64,000 bases of DNA from Centroscyllium fabricii (taxonomy: Eukaryota): the NCBI GenBank assembly GCA_051313645.2, contig JBNRSN020000031.1, positions 6,634,001 to 6,698,000 of the forward strand, written 5' to 3'. Positions within the stretch are counted from its first letter, which is position 1; every line of letters starts with the position of its first letter. The notes beneath the pieces are model-generated. The model had not been told where the DNA came from. It ran no database searches and saw nothing but the letters and a program-made list of their open reading frames with translations. Below, one piece after another: positions 28,101-44,500 of the stretch. The position numbers were made by a program, and so were the translations under genes.

Positions 28101-31100
28101 TATTATATTCACGTAATCATATGCTGAGTTATCATTGGCCCAAAGGCATCTGTAAGGACTACATAATATATTCACGTAATCACATGCTGAGTTATCATTG
28201 GCCCACAGGCATCTGTAAGGACTACCTAATATAATCACGTCATCACATGCTGAGTTATCATTGGCCCACAGGCATCTGTAAGGACTACCTATTATATTCA
28301 CGTAATCACATGCTGAATTATCATTGGACCACAGGCATCTGTAAGGACAACCTATTATTTTCACATAATCACATGATGAGTTATCATATGCCCACAGGCA
28401 TCTGTAAGGGCTTGCTATTATATTCCCGTAATAATATGCTGAGTTATCATTGCCCACAGGCATCTGTAAGGACTACCTATTATATTCACGTAATCAAATG
28501 CTGAGTTATCATTGGCCCACAGGCATCTGTAAGGACTACCTATTATATTCAGGTAATCACATGCTGAATTATGATTGGCCCACAGGCATCTGTAAGGACT
28601 ACCTATTATATTCACGTAATCACATGCTGAGTTATCATTGGCCCACAGGCATCTGTAAGGACTACCTGTTATATTCTCGTAATCACATGCTGAATACCAT
28701 TCGCCAACAGGCATTTGTAAGGACTACCTATTATATTCACGTATTCACATGCTGAGTTATCATTGGCCCACAGGCATCTGTAAGGACTACCTATTATATT
28801 CACGTAATCACATGCTGAGTTATCATTGGCCAACAGGCATCTGTAAGGACTACCTATTATATTCACGTAATCATATGCTGAGTTATCATCGGCCAACAGA
28901 CATCTGTAAGGTCAACCTATTGTATTCAAGTATTCACATGCTGAGTTATCATTGGCCCACAGGCATCTGTAAGGACTACCTATTATATTCACATAATCAC
29001 ATGCTGTGTTATCATTGGCCCACAGGCATCTGTATGGACTACCTATTTTATTCACGTAATCACATGCTGAGTTATCATTGGCTCACAGGTATCTGTAAGG
29101 ACTACCTATTGTATTCAAGTAATCACATGCTGAGTTATCATTGGCCCACAGGCATCTGGAAGGACTACCTATTATATTCATGTAATCACATGCTGAATTA
29201 TCATTGGACCAAAGGCATCTGTAAGGACAGCCTATTATATTCAGGTAATCACATGTTGAGTTATCATTGGCCCACAGGCATCTGTATGGACCACCAATTA
29301 TATTCACGTAATCACATGCTGAGTTTTGATTGGCCCGCAGGCATCTGTAAGGACTACCTATTATATTCACGTAATCACATGCTGAGTTATCATTGGCCCG
29401 CAGGCATCTGTAAGGACTACCTATTATATTCACGTAATCACATGCTGAGTTATCATTGGCCACAGGCATCTGTAAAGACTACCTATTATATTCACGTAAT
29501 CACATGCTGAGCTATCATTGGCCCACAGGCATCTGTAAGGACTACCTATTATATTCACGTAATCACATGCTGAATTATCATTGACCCACAGGCATCTGTA
29601 AGGACTACCTATTATATTTACGTAATAACATGCTGAGATATCATTGGCCCACAGGCATCTGTAAGGACTACCTATTATATTCACGTAATCACATGCTGAA
29701 TTATCATTGGCCCACAGGCATCTCTAAGGACTACCTATTATATTTACGTAATCACATGCTGAGTTATCATTGGCCTACAGGCATCTGGAAGGACTACCTT
29801 TTATATTCACGTAATCACATGCTGAGTTATCATTGGCCCACAGGCATCTGGAAGAACTACCAATTATATTCACGTAATCACATGCTGAATTATCATTGGA
29901 CCAAAGGCATCTGTAAGGACTACCTATTATATTCACGTAATCACATGTTGAGTTATCATTGGCCCACAGGAATCTGTTAGGACTACCTATTAAATTTTCG
30001 TTATCACAAGCTGAATTATCATTGCCCACAGGCATCTGTAAGGACTACCTATTATATCCACGTAATCACATGCTGAGTTATCATTGGCCCACTGGCATCT
30101 GTAAGGACTACTATTGTATTCACTTAACCACATGCTGAGTTATCATTGGCCGCAGGCATCTGTAAGGACCACCTATTATATTCACGTAATCACATGCTGA
30201 GTTATCATTGGCCCACAGGCATCTGTATGGACCACCTATTATATTCACGTAATCACATGCTGAGTTTTCATTGGCCCACAGGCATCTGTAAGGACTACCT
30301 ATTATATTCACGTAATCACATGCTGAGTTATCATTGGCCCACAGGCATCTGGAAGGACTACCTATTATATTCACGTAATCACATGCTGAATTATCATTGG
30401 ACCAAAGGCATCTGTAAGGACTACTATTGTATTCACGTAATCACATGCTGAGATATCATTGGCCCACAGGCATCTGTAAGGACTACTATTGTATTCACTT
30501 AACCACATGCTGAGTTATCATTGGCCCGCAGGCATCTGTAAGGACTACCTATTATATTCACGTAATCACATGCTGAGTTATCATTGGCCCACAGGCATCT
30601 GTATGGACCACCTATTATATTCACGTAATCACATGCTGAGTTTTCATTGGCCCACAGGCATCTGTAAGGACTACCTTTTATATTCACATAATCACATGCT
30701 GAATTATCATTGACCCACAGGCATCTGTAAGGACTACCTATTATATTTACGTAATAACATGCTGAATTATCATTGGCCCACAGGCATCTGTAAGGACTAC
30801 TATTGTATTCACGTAATCACATGCTGAGATATCATTGGCCCACAGGCATCTGTAAGGACTACCTATTATATTCACGTAATCACATGCTGAGTTATCATTG
30901 CCCCACAGGCTTCTGGAAGGACTACCTATTATATTCACGTAATCACATGCTGAGTTATCATTGGCCCACAGGCATCTGGAAGGTCTACCTATTATATTCA
31001 CGTAATCACGTGCTGAGTTATCATTGGCCCACAGGCATCTGTAAGGACTACCTGATATATATTCACGTAATCACATGCTGAGTTATCATTGGCCTGCAGG

Positions 31101-34100
31101 CATTTGTAAGGACTAACTATTATATTCACGTAATCACATGCTGAGATATCATTGGCCAACAGGCATCTGTAAGGACTACCTATTATATACACGTAATCAC
31201 ATGCTGAGTTATCATTGGCCCACAGGCATCTGGAAGGACTACCTATTATATTCACGTAATCACATGCTGAATTATCATTGGCCCACAGTCATCTGTAAGG
31301 ACTACCTATTCTATTCACGTAATCACATGCTGAGATATCATTGGCCCACATGCATCTGTAAGGGCTACCTATTATATTCACGTAATCACATGCTCAGTTA
31401 TCATTGGCCCACAGGCATCTGGAAGGACTACCTATTATATTCAGGTAATCACATGCTGAATTATCATTGGACCAAAGGCATCTGTAAGGACTACTATTGT
31501 CTTCACGTAATCACATGCTGAGTTATCATTGGCCCACAGGCATCTCTAAGGACTACCTATTATATTTACATAATCACATGCTGAGTTATCATTGGCCTAC
31601 AGGCATCTGGAAGGTCTACCTATTATATTCACGTAATCACATGCTGAGTTATCATTGGCCCACAGGCATCTGGAAGGACTACCTATTATATTCACGTAAT
31701 CACTAGCTGAATTATCATTGGACCAAAGGCATCTGTAAGGACTACCTATTATATTCACGTAATCACATGTTGAGTTATCATTGGCCCACAGGAATCTGTA
31801 AGGACTACCTATTATATTCAAGTAATCACAAGCTGAATTATCATTGCCCACAGGCATCTGTAAGGACTACCTATTATATTCACGTAATCACATGCTGAGT
31901 TATCATTGGCCCACTGGCATCTGTAAGGACTACTATTGTATTCACTTAATCACATGCTGAGTTATCATTGGCCGCAGGCGTCTGTAAGGACTACCTATTA
32001 TATTCACGTAATCACATGCTGAGTTATCATTGGCCCACGGGCATCTGTATGGACCACCTATTATATTCATGTAATCACATGCTGAGTTATCATTGGCCCA
32101 CAGGCATCTGTAAGGACTACCTATTATATTCACGTAATCACATGCTGAGTTATCATTGGCCCACAGGCATCTGTAAGGACTACCTATTATATTCACGTAA
32201 TCACATGCTGAATTATCATTGGCCCACAGTCATCTGTAAGGATTACCTATTATATTCACGTAATCACATGCTGAGTTATCATTGGCCCACAGGCATCTGT
32301 AAGGACTACCTATTATATTCACGTAATCCAAGCTGAGATATCATTGGCCCACAGGCATCTGTAAGGACTACCGATTATATTCACGTAATCACATGCTAAG
32401 TTATCATTGGCCCACAGGCATCTGTAAGGACTACCTATTATATTCACGTAATCACATGCTGAGTTATCAATGGCCCACAGGCATCTGTAAGGACTACCTG
32501 TTATATTCACGTAATCACATGCTGAGTTATCATTGGCCCACAGGCATTTGTAAGGACTACCTATTATATTCACGTAATCACATGCTGAGATATCATTGGC
32601 CAACAGGCATCTGTAAGGACTACCTATTATATTCACGTAATCACATGCTGAATTATCATTGGCCCACAGGCATCAGTAAGGATTACCTATTATATTCACG
32701 TAATTACATGCTGAGTTATCATTGGCCCACAGGCATCTGTAAGGACGACATATTATATTCACGTAATCACATGCTGAGATATCATTGGCCCACAGGCATC
32801 TGTAAGGACTACCTATTATATTCACGTAATTACATGCTGAGTTATCATTGGCCCACAGGCATCAGTAAGGACTACCTATTATATTCACGTAATTACATGC
32901 TGAGTTATCATTGGCCCACAGGCATCTGTAAGGACGACATATTATATTCACGTAATCACATGCTGAGATATCATTGGCCCACAGGCATCAGTAAGGACTA
33001 CCTATTATATTAAAGTAATCACATGCTAAGTTATCATTGGCCCACAGGCATCTGTAAGGACTACCTATTATATTCACATAATCACATGCTGAGTTATCAT
33101 TGGCCCGCAGGCATCTGTAAGGACTACCTATTATATTCACATAATCACATGCTGAGTTATCATTGGCCCACAGGCATCTGTAAGGAATACTATTATATTC
33201 ACGTAATCATATGCTGAGTTATCATTGGCCCACAGGCATCTGTAAGGACTACATAATATATTCACGTAATCACATGCTGAGTTACCATTGGCTCACAGGC
33301 ATCTGTAAGGTCTACCTATTATAATCACGTAATCACATGCTGAGTTATCATTGGCCCACAGGCATCTGTAAGGACTACCTATTATATTCACGTAATCACA
33401 TGCTGAATTATCATTGGACCACAGGCATTTGTAAGGACTACCTATTATATTCACGTAATCACATGCTGAGTTATTATTGGCCCACAGGCATCTGTAAGGA
33501 CTACCTATTATTTTCACGTAATCACATGATGAGTTATCATATGCCCACAAGCATCTGTAAGGGCTTCCTATTATATTCCCGTAATAATATGCTGAGTTAT
33601 CATTGCCCACAGACATCTGTAAGGACTACCTATTATATTCACGTAATCAAATGCTTAGTTATCATTGGCCCACAGGCATCTGTAAGGACTACCTATTATA
33701 TTCAGGTAATCACATGCTGAATTATGATTGGCCCACAGGCATCTGTAAGGACTACCTATTATATTCACGTAATCACATGCTGAGTTATCATTGGCCCACA
33801 GGCATCTGTAAGGACTACCTGTTATATTCACGTAATCACATGCTGAGTACCATTCGCCAACAGGCATTTGTAAGGACTACCTATTATATTCACGTATTCA
33901 CATGCTGAGTTATCATTGGCCCACATGCATCTGTAAGGACTACCTATTATATTCACGTAATCACATGCTGAGTTAACATTATCCAACAGGCATCTGTAAG
34001 GACTACCTATTATATTCACGTAATCATATGCTGAGTTATCATCGGCCAACAGACATCTGTAAGGACAACCTGTTGTATTCAAGTAATCACATGCTGAGTT

Positions 34101-37100
34101 ATCATTGGCCCACAGGCATCTGTAAGGACTACCTATTATATTCACATAATCACATGCTGAGTTATCATTGGCCCACAGGCATCTGTATGGACCACCTATT
34201 TTATTCACGTAATCACATGCTGAGTTATCATTGGCTCACAGGTATCTGTAAGGACTACCTATTGTATTCAAGTAATCACATGCTGAGTTATCATTGGCAC
34301 ACAGGCATCTGGAAGGACTACCTATTATATTCACGTAATCACATGCTGAATTATCATTGGACCAAAGGCATCTGTAAGGACAGCCTATTATATTCAGGTA
34401 ATCACATGTTGAGTTATCATTGGCCCACAGGCATCTGTAAGGACTACTTATTTTATTCACATAATCACATGCTGAGTTATCATTGGCCCACAGGCATCTG
34501 GAAGGACTACCTATTATATTCACGTAATCACATGCTGAGTTATCATTGGCCCACAGGCATCTGTAAGGACTACCTATTATATTCAGGTAATCAAATGCTG
34601 AATTATCATTGGCCCACAGGCATCTGTAAGGACTACCTATTATATTCACGTAATCACATGCTGAGTTATCATTGGCCCGCAGGCATCTGTAAGGATTACC
34701 TATTATATTCACGTAATCACATGCTGAGTTATCATTGGCAACAGGCATCTGTAAAGACTACCTATTATATTCACGTAATCACATGCTGAGTTATCATTGG
34801 CCCACAGGCATCTGTAAGGACTACCTTTTATATTCACATAATCACATGCTGAATTATCATTGACGCACAGGCATCTGTAAGGACAACCTGTTATATTCAC
34901 GTAATCACATGCTGAGTTACCATTGGCCCACAGGCATCTGTAAGGACTCCCTATTATATTCACGTAATCACATGCTGAGATATCATTGGCCCACAGGCAT
35001 CTGTAAGGACTACCTATTATATTCACGTAATCACATGCTGAGTTATCATTGGCCCACAGGCATCTGTAAGGACTACATATTATATTCACGTAATCACATG
35101 CTGAATTATCATTGGCCCACAGTCATCTGTAAGGGCTACCTATTATATTCACGTAATCACATGCTGAGTTATCATTGACCCACAGGCATCTGTAAGGACT
35201 ACCTATTATATTCACGTAATCACATGCTGAGTTATCATTGGCCCACAGGCATCTGTAAGGACTACCTATTATATTCAGGTAATCACATGCTGAATTATCA
35301 TTGGCCCACAATCATCTGTAAGGACTACTTATTATATTCACGTAATCACATGCTGAATTATCATTGGCCCACAGGCATCTGTAAGGACAACCTGTTATAT
35401 TCACATAATCACATGCTGAGTTATCATTGGCCCACAGGCATCTGTAAGGACTACCTATTATATCACGTAATCACATGCTGAGATATCATTGGCCCACAGG
35501 CATCTGTAAGGACTACCTATTATATTCACGTAATCACATGCTGAGTTATCATTGGCCCACAGGCATCTGTAAGGACTACCTATTATATTCACGTAATCAC
35601 ATGCTGAATTATCATTGGCCCACAGTCATCTGTAAGGACTACCTATTATATTCACGTAATCACATGCTGAGTTATCATTGGCCCACAGTCATCTGTAAGG
35701 ACTACCTGTTATATTCACGTAATCACATGCTGAGATATCATTGGCACACAGGCATCTGTAAGGGCTACCTATTATATTCACGTAATCACATGCTAAGTTA
35801 TCATTGGCCCACAGGCATCTGTAAGGACTACCTATTATATTCACGTAATCACATGCTGAATTATCATTGGCCCACAGGCATCTGTAAGGACTACCTATTA
35901 TATTCACGTAATCACATGCTGATTTATCATTGGCCCACAGGCATCTGTAAGGATTACCTATTATATTCACGTAATCACATGCTCAGTTATCATTGGCACA
36001 CAGGCATCTGGAAGGACTACCTATTATATTCAGGTAATCAGATGCTGAATTATCATTGGACCAAAGGCATCTCTAAGGACTACTATTGTATTCACGTAAT
36101 CACATGCTGAGTTATCATTGGCCCACAGGCATCTGTAAGGACTACCTATTATATTTACATAATCACATGCTGAGTTATCATTGGACTACAGGCATCTGGA
36201 AGGTCTACCTATTATATTCACGTTATCACATGCTGAGTTATCATTGGCCCACTGGCATCTGTAAGGACTACTATTGTATTCACTTAAACACATGCTGAGT
36301 TATCATTGGCCGCAGGCGTCTGTAAGGACTACCTATTATATTCACGTAATCACATGCTGAGATGTCATTGGCCCACAGGCATCTGTATGGACCACCTTTT
36401 ATATTCATGTAATCACATGCTGAGTTATCATTGGCCCACAGGCATCTGTAAGGACTAACTATTATATTCACGTAATCACATGCTGAGTTATCATTGGCCC
36501 ACAGGCATCTGGAAGGACTATCTATTATATTCACGTAATCACATGCTGAATTATCATTGGACCAAAGGCATCTGTAAGGACGACTATTGTATTCACGTAA
36601 TCACATGCTGAGATATCATTGGCCCACAGGCATCTGTAAGGACTACCTATTATAATTACGTAATCACATGCTGAGTTATCATTGGCCCACAGGCTTTGGT
36701 AAGGACTACCTATTATATTCACGTAATCACATGCTGAATTATCATTGGACCAAAGGCATCTGTAAGGAATACCTATTATATTCAAGTAATCACTTGTTGA
36801 GTTATCATTGGCCCACCTGCATCTGGAAGGACTTCCTATTATATTCACGTAATCACATGCTGAATTATCATTGGACCAAAGGCATCTGTAAGGTCTACCT
36901 ATTATATTCACGTAATCACATGCTGAGTTATCATTGGCCCACTGGCATCTGTAAGGAATACTATTGTATTCACTTAACCACATGCTGAGTTTCATTGGCC
37001 GCAGGCATCTGTAAGGACTACCCATTATATTCACGTAATCACATGCTGAGTTATCATTGGCCCACAGTCATCTGTAAGGACTACTATTGTATTCACGTAA

Positions 37101-38575
37101 TCAAATGCTGAGTTATCATTGGCCCACAGGCATCTGTAAGGACGTCCTATTATATTCACGTAATCACATGCTGAGTTATCATTGGCCCACAGGCATCTGT
37201 AAGGACTACCTATTATATTCACGTAATCACATGCTGAATTATCATTGGCCCACAGTCATTTGTAAGGACTACCTATTATATTCACGTAATCACATGCTGA
37301 GTTATCATTGGCCCACAGGCATCTGTAAGGACTACCTATTATATTCACGTAATCCAAGCTGAGATATCATTGGCCCACAGGCATCTGTAAGGACTACCGA
37401 TTATATTCACGTAATCACATGCTAAGTTATCATTGGCCCACAGGCATCTGTAAGGACTACCTATTACATTCACGTAATCTCATGCTGAGTTATCAATGGC
37501 CCACAGGCATCTGTAAGGACTACCTGTTATATTCACGTAATCACATGCTGAGTTATCATTGGCCCACAGGCATTTGTAAGGACTACCTATTATATTCACG
37601 GAATCACATGCTGAGATATCATTGGCCAACAGGCATCTGTAAGGACTACCTATTATATTCACGTAATCACATGCTGAATTATCATTGGCCCACAGGCATC
37701 AGTAAGGACTACCTATTATATTCACGTAATTACATGCTGAGTTATCATTGGCCCACAGGCATCTGTAAGGACGACATATTATATTCACGTAATCACATGC
37801 TGAGATATCATTGGCCCACAGGCATCTGTAAGGACTACCTATTATATTCACGTAATCACATGCTAAGTTATCATTGGCCCACTGGCATCTGTAAGGACTA
37901 CCTATTATATTCACATAATCACATGCTGCGTTATCATTGGCCCTCAAGCATCTGTAAGGACTACCTATTATATTCACATAATCACATGCTGAGTTATCAT
38001 TGGCCCACAGGCATCTGTAAGGACAACTATTATATTCACGTAATCTCATGCTGAATTATCATTGGACCACAGGCATTTGTAAGGACTACCTATTATATTC
38101 ACGTAATCACATGCTGAGTTATTATTGGCCCACAGGCATCTGTAAGGACTACCTATTATTTTCAAGTAATCACATGATGAGTTATCATTGGCCCACAGGC
38201 ATCTGTAAGGGCTTCCTAGTATATTCCCGTAATAATATGCTGAGTTATCATTGCCCACAGGCATCTGTAAGGACTACCTATTATATTCACGTAACCAAAT
38301 GCTGAGTTTTCATTGGCCCACAGGCATCTGTAAGGACTACCTATTATATTCAGGTAATCTCAAGCTGAATTATGATTGGCCCACAGGCATCTATAAGGAC
38401 TACCTATTATATTCAAGTAATCACATGCTGAGTTATCATTGGCCCACAGGCATCTGAAAGGACTACCTGTTATATTCACGTAATCACATGCTGAGTACCA
38501 TTCGCCAACAGGCATTTGTAAGGACTACCTATTATATTCACGTATTCACATGCTGAGTTATCATTGGCCCAGAGG
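11873..38575. repeat. ~14-kb / ~12.7-kb tandem segmental duplication within the satellite (A about 11873-25883, B about 25884-38575)
   Basis: Rare variants recur colinearly: CCTGATATAT 17103/31051, ATCACTAGCT 17751/31699, TTAACATTATCC 19901/33973, GGCTTTGG 24001/36692. Offsets are 14011, 13948, 14072, 13821 and 12691. Confidence 0.88.
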
Positions 38576-41500
38576 CATCTGTAAGGACTACCTATTATAT
38601 TCACGTAATCACATGCTGAGTTATCATTGGCCAACAGGCATCTGTAAGGACTACCTATTATATTTACGTAATCATATGCTGAGTTATCATCGGCCAACAG
38701 ACATCTGTAAGGACAACCTATTGTATTCAAGTAATCACATGATGAGTTATCATTGGCCCACAGGCATCTGTAAGGACTACCTATTATATTCACATAATCA
38801 CATGCTGAGTTATCATTGGCTCACAGGTATCTCTAAGGACTACCTATTTTATTCAAGTAATCACATGCTGAGTTATCATTGGCCCACAGGCATCTGGAAG
38901 GACTACCTATTATATTCACGTAATCACATGCTGAATTATCATTGGACCAAAGGCATCTGTAAGGACAGCCTATTATATTCAGGTAATCACATGTTGAGTT
39001 ATCATTGGCCCACAGGCATCTGTAAGGACTACTTATTATATTCACGTAATCACATGCTGAGTTATCATTGGCCCACAGGCATCTGGAAGGACTACCTATT
39101 ATATTCACGTAATCACATGCTGAGTTATCATTGGCCCACAGGCATCTGTAAGGACTACCTATTATATTCACGTAATCACATGCTGAATTATCATTGGCCC
39201 AGAGGCATCTGTAAGGATTACCTATTATATTCACGTAATCACATGCTGAGTTATCATTGGCCCGCAGGCATCTGTAAGGACTATCTATTATATTCACGTA
39301 ATCACATGCTGAGTTATCATTGGCCACAGGCATCTGTAAAGACTACCTATTATATTCACGTAATCACATGCTGAGTTATCATTGGCACACAGGCATCTGT
39401 AAGGACTACCTTTTATATTCACATAATCACATGCTGAATTATCATTGACCCACAGGCATCTGTAAGGACAACCTGTTATATTCACGTAATCACATGCTGA
39501 GTTATCATTGGCCCACAGGCATCTGTAAGGACTACCTATTATATTCACGTAATCACATGCTGAGATATCATTGGCCCACAGGCATCTGTAAGGACTTCCT
39601 ATTATATTCACGTAATCACATGCTGAGTTATCATTGGCCCACAGGCATCTGTAAGGACTACCTATTATATTCACGTAATCACATGCTGAATTATCATTGG
39701 CCCACAGTCATCTGCAAGGACTACCTATTATATTCACGTAATCACATGCTGAGTTATCATTGGCCCACAGGCATCTGTAAGGACTACCTATTATATTCAC
39801 GTAATCCAAGCTGAGATATCATTGGCCCACAGGCATCAGTAAGGACTACCGATTATATTCACGTAATCGCATGCTAAGCTATCATTGGCCCACAGGCATC
39901 TGTAAGGACTACTTATTATATTCACGTAATCACATGCTGAATTATCATTGGCCCACAGGCATCTGTAAGGACTACCTATTATATTCACGTAATCACATGC
40001 TGAGTTATCATTGGCCCACAGGCATCTGTAAGGACTACCTATTATATTCACGTAATCACATGCTGAGTTATCATTGGCCCACTGGCATCTGGAAGGACTA
40101 CCTATTATATTCACGTAATCACATGCTGAATTATCATTGGACCAAAGTCATCTGTAAGGACTACTATTGTATTCACGTAATCACATGCTGAGTTATCATT
40201 GGCCCACAGGCATCTCTAAGGACTACCTATTATATTTACGTAATCACATGCTGAGTTATCATTGGCCAACAGGCACCTGGAAGGACTACCTTTTATATTC
40301 ACGTAATCACATGCTGAGTTATCATTGGCCCACAGGCATCTGGAAGAACTACCTATTATATTCACGTAATCACATGCTGAATTATCATTGGACCAAAGGC
40401 ATCTGTAAGGACTACCTATTATATTCACGTAATCACATGTTGAGTTATCATTGGCCCACAGGAATCTGTAAGGACTACCTATTAAATTCACGTAATCACA
40501 AGCTGAATTATCATTGCCCACAGGCATCTGTAAGGACTACCTATTATATCCACGTAATCACATTCTGAGTTATCATTGGCCCACTGGCATCTTTAAGGAC
40601 TACTATTGTATTCACTTAACCACATGCTGAGTTATCATTGGCCGCAGGCATCTGTAAGGACCACCTATTATATTCATGTAATCACATGCTGAGTTATCAT
40701 TGGCCCACAGGCATCTGTAAGGAATACTATTGTAATCACGTACCCAAATGCTGAGTTATCATTGGCCCACAGGCATCTGTAAGGACTACTATTGCATTCA
40801 AGTAATCACATGCTGAGTTATCATTGGCCCGCAGGCATCTGTAAGGTATACCTATTATATTCACGTAATCACACGCTGAGTTATCATTGGCCCACAGGCA
40901 TCTGTAAGGACTACTATTATACTCACGTAATCACATGCTGAGTTATCATTGGCCCACTGGCATTTTTAAGGACGACTATTGTATTCCCGTAATCAAATGC
41001 TGAGTTATCATTGGCCCCCAGGCATCTGTATTGTCTACTATTGTATTCACGTAATCACATGCTGAGTTATCATTGGCCCACATGCATCTGTAAGGACTAC
41101 TTATTATATTCACGTAATCACATGCTGAGTTATCATTGGCCCACAGGCATCTGGAAGGACTACCTATTATATTCACGTAATCACCTGCTGAGTTATCATT
41201 GGCCCACAGGCATCTGTAAGGACTACCTATTATATTCAGGTAATCACATGCTGAATTATCATTGGCCCACAGGCATCTGTAAGGACTACCTATTATATTC
41301 ACGTAATCACATGCTGAGTTATCATTGTCCCGCAGGCATCTGCAAGGACTACCTATTAAATTCACGTAATCACATGCTGAGTTATCATTGGCCACAGGCA
41401 TCTGTAAAGACTACCTATTATATTGACGTAATCACATGCTGAGTTTTCATTGGCCCACAGGCATCTGTAAGGACTACCTTTTATATTCACGTAATCACAT

Positions 41501-44500
41501 GCTGAATTATCATTTTCCCACAGGCATCTCTAAGGACTACCTTTTATATTCACGTAATCACATGCTGAATTATCATTGGCCTACAGCAATCTGTAAGGAC
41601 TTCCTATTATATTCACGTAATCACATGCTGAGTTATCATTGGCCCACAGGCATCTGTAAGGACTACCTATTATATTCACGTAATCACATGCTGAGATATC
41701 ATTGGCCCACACGCATCTGTAAGGACTACCTATTATATTCACGTAATCACATGCTAAGTTATCATTGGCCCACAGGCATCTGTAAGGACTACCTTATATA
41801 TTCACGTAATCACATGCTGAATTATCATTGGCCCACAGGCATCTGTAAGGACTACCTATTATATTCACGTAATCACATGCTGAGTTATCATTGGCCCGCA
41901 GGCATCTGTAAGGACTACCAATTATATTCACGTGATCACATGCTGAGTTATCATTGGCCCACAGGCATCTGTAAGGACTACTATTGTAATCACGTAACCA
42001 AATGCTGAGTTATCATTGGCCCACAGGCATCTGTAAGGACTACTATTTTATTCAAGTAATCACATGCTGAGTTATCATTGGCCCGCAGGCATCTGTAAGG
42101 ACTACTATTATATTCACGTAATCACATGCTGAGTTATCATTGGCCAACAGGCATCTGTAAGGACTACTATTATATTCACGTAATCACATGCTGAGTTATC
42201 ATTGGCCCACTGGCATCGGTAAGGACGACTATTGTATTCACGTAATCAAATGCTGAGTTATCATTGGCCCCCAGGCATCTGTATGGTCTACTATTGTATT
42301 CACGTAATCACATGCTGAGTTATCATTGGCCCGCATGCATCTGTAAGGACTACCTATTATATTCACGTAATCGCTTGCTGAGTTATCATTGGCACACAAG
42401 CATCTGTAAGGACTACCTATTATAATCACGTAATCACATGCTGAGTTATCATTGGCCCACAGGCATCTGTAAGGACTACCTATTATATTCACGTAATCAC
42501 ATGCTGAGTTATCATTGGCCAACAGGCATCTGTAAGGACTACCAATTATATTCACGTTATCATATGCTGAGTTATCATCGGCCAACAGACATCTGTAAGG
42601 ACTACCTGTTGTATTCAAGTAATCACATGCTGAGTTATCATTGGCCCACATGCATCTGGAAGGACTACCTATTATATTCTCGTAATCACATGCTGAGTTA
42701 TCATTGGCCCACAGGCATCTGTAAGGACTACCTATTATATTCAGGTAATCACATGCTGAATTATCATTGGCCCACAGGCATCTGTAAGGACTACCTATTA
42801 TATTCACGTAATCACATGCTGAGTTATCATTGGCCGGCAGGCATCTGCAAGGACTACCTATTATATTCACGTAATCACATGCTGAGTTATCATTGGCCAC
42901 AGGCATCTGTAAAGACTACCTATTATATTCACGTAATCACATGCTGAGTTATCATTGGCCCACAGGCATCTGGAAGGACTACCTATTATATTCACGTAAT
43001 CACATGCTGAGTTATCATTGGCCCACAGGCATCTGTAAGGACTACCTATTATATTCAGGTAATAACATGCTGAATTATCATTGGCCCACAGGCATCTGTA
43101 AGGACTACCTATTATATTCACGTTATCACATGCTGAGTTATCATTGGCCCGCAGGCATCTGTAAGGACTATCTATTATATTCACGTAATCACATGCTGAG
43201 TTATCGTTGGCCACAGGCATCTGTAAAGACTACCTATTATATTCACGTAATCACATGCTGAGTTATCATTGGCACACAGGCATCTGTAAGGACTACCTTT
43301 TATATTCACATAATCACATGCTGAATTATAATTGACCCACAGGCATCTGTAAGGACAACCTGTTATATTCACGTAATCACATGCTGAGTTATCATTGGCC
43401 CACAGGCATCTGTAAGGACAACCTATTATATTCACGTAATCAGATGCTGAGATATCATTGGCCCACAGGCATCTGTAAGGACTACATATTATATTCACGT
43501 AATCACATGCTGAGTTATCATTGGCCCACAGGCATCTGTAAGGACTACCTATTATATTCAGGTAATCACATGCTGAATTATCATTGGCACACAGGCATCT
43601 GTAAGGACTACCTATTATATTCACGTAATCACATGCTGAGTTATCATTGGCCCGCAGGCATCTGTAAGGACTATCTATTATATTCACGTAATCACATGCT
43701 GAATTATCATTGACCCACAGGCATCTGTAAGGACAACCTGTTATATTCACGTAATCACATGCTGAATTATCATTGGCCCACAGGCATCTGTAAGGACTAG
43801 CTATTATATTCACGCAATCACATGCTGAGTTATCATTGGCCCACAGGCATCTGTAAGGACTACCTATTATATTCACGTAATCACATGCAGAGTTATCATT
43901 GGCCCACTGGCATCTGGAAGGACTACCTATTATATTCACGTAATCACATGCTGAATTATCATTGGACCAAAGTCATCTGTAAGGACTACTATTGTATTCA
44001 CGTAATCACATGCTGAGTTATCATTGGCCCACAGGCATCTGTAAGGTCTACTTATTATATTCACGTAATCACATGCTGAGTTATCATTGGCCCACAGGCA
44101 TCTGGAAGGACTACATATTATATTCACGTAATCACATGCTGAGTTATCATTGGCCCACAGGCATCTGTAAGGACTACTTATTATATTCAGGTAATCACAT
44201 GCTGAATTATCATTGGCCCACAGGCATCTGTAAGGACTACCTATTATATTCACGTAATCACATGCTGAGTTATCATTGGCCCGCAGGCATCTGCAAGGAC
44301 TACCTATTATATTCACGTAATCACATGCTGAGTTATCATTGGCCACAGGCATCTGTAAAGACTACCTATTATATTCACGTAATCACATGCTGAGTTATCA
44401 TTGGCCCACAGGCATCTGTAAGGACTACCTTTTATATTCACGTAATCACATGCTGAATTATCATTGGCCCACAGGCATCTGTAAGGACTACCTTTTATAT

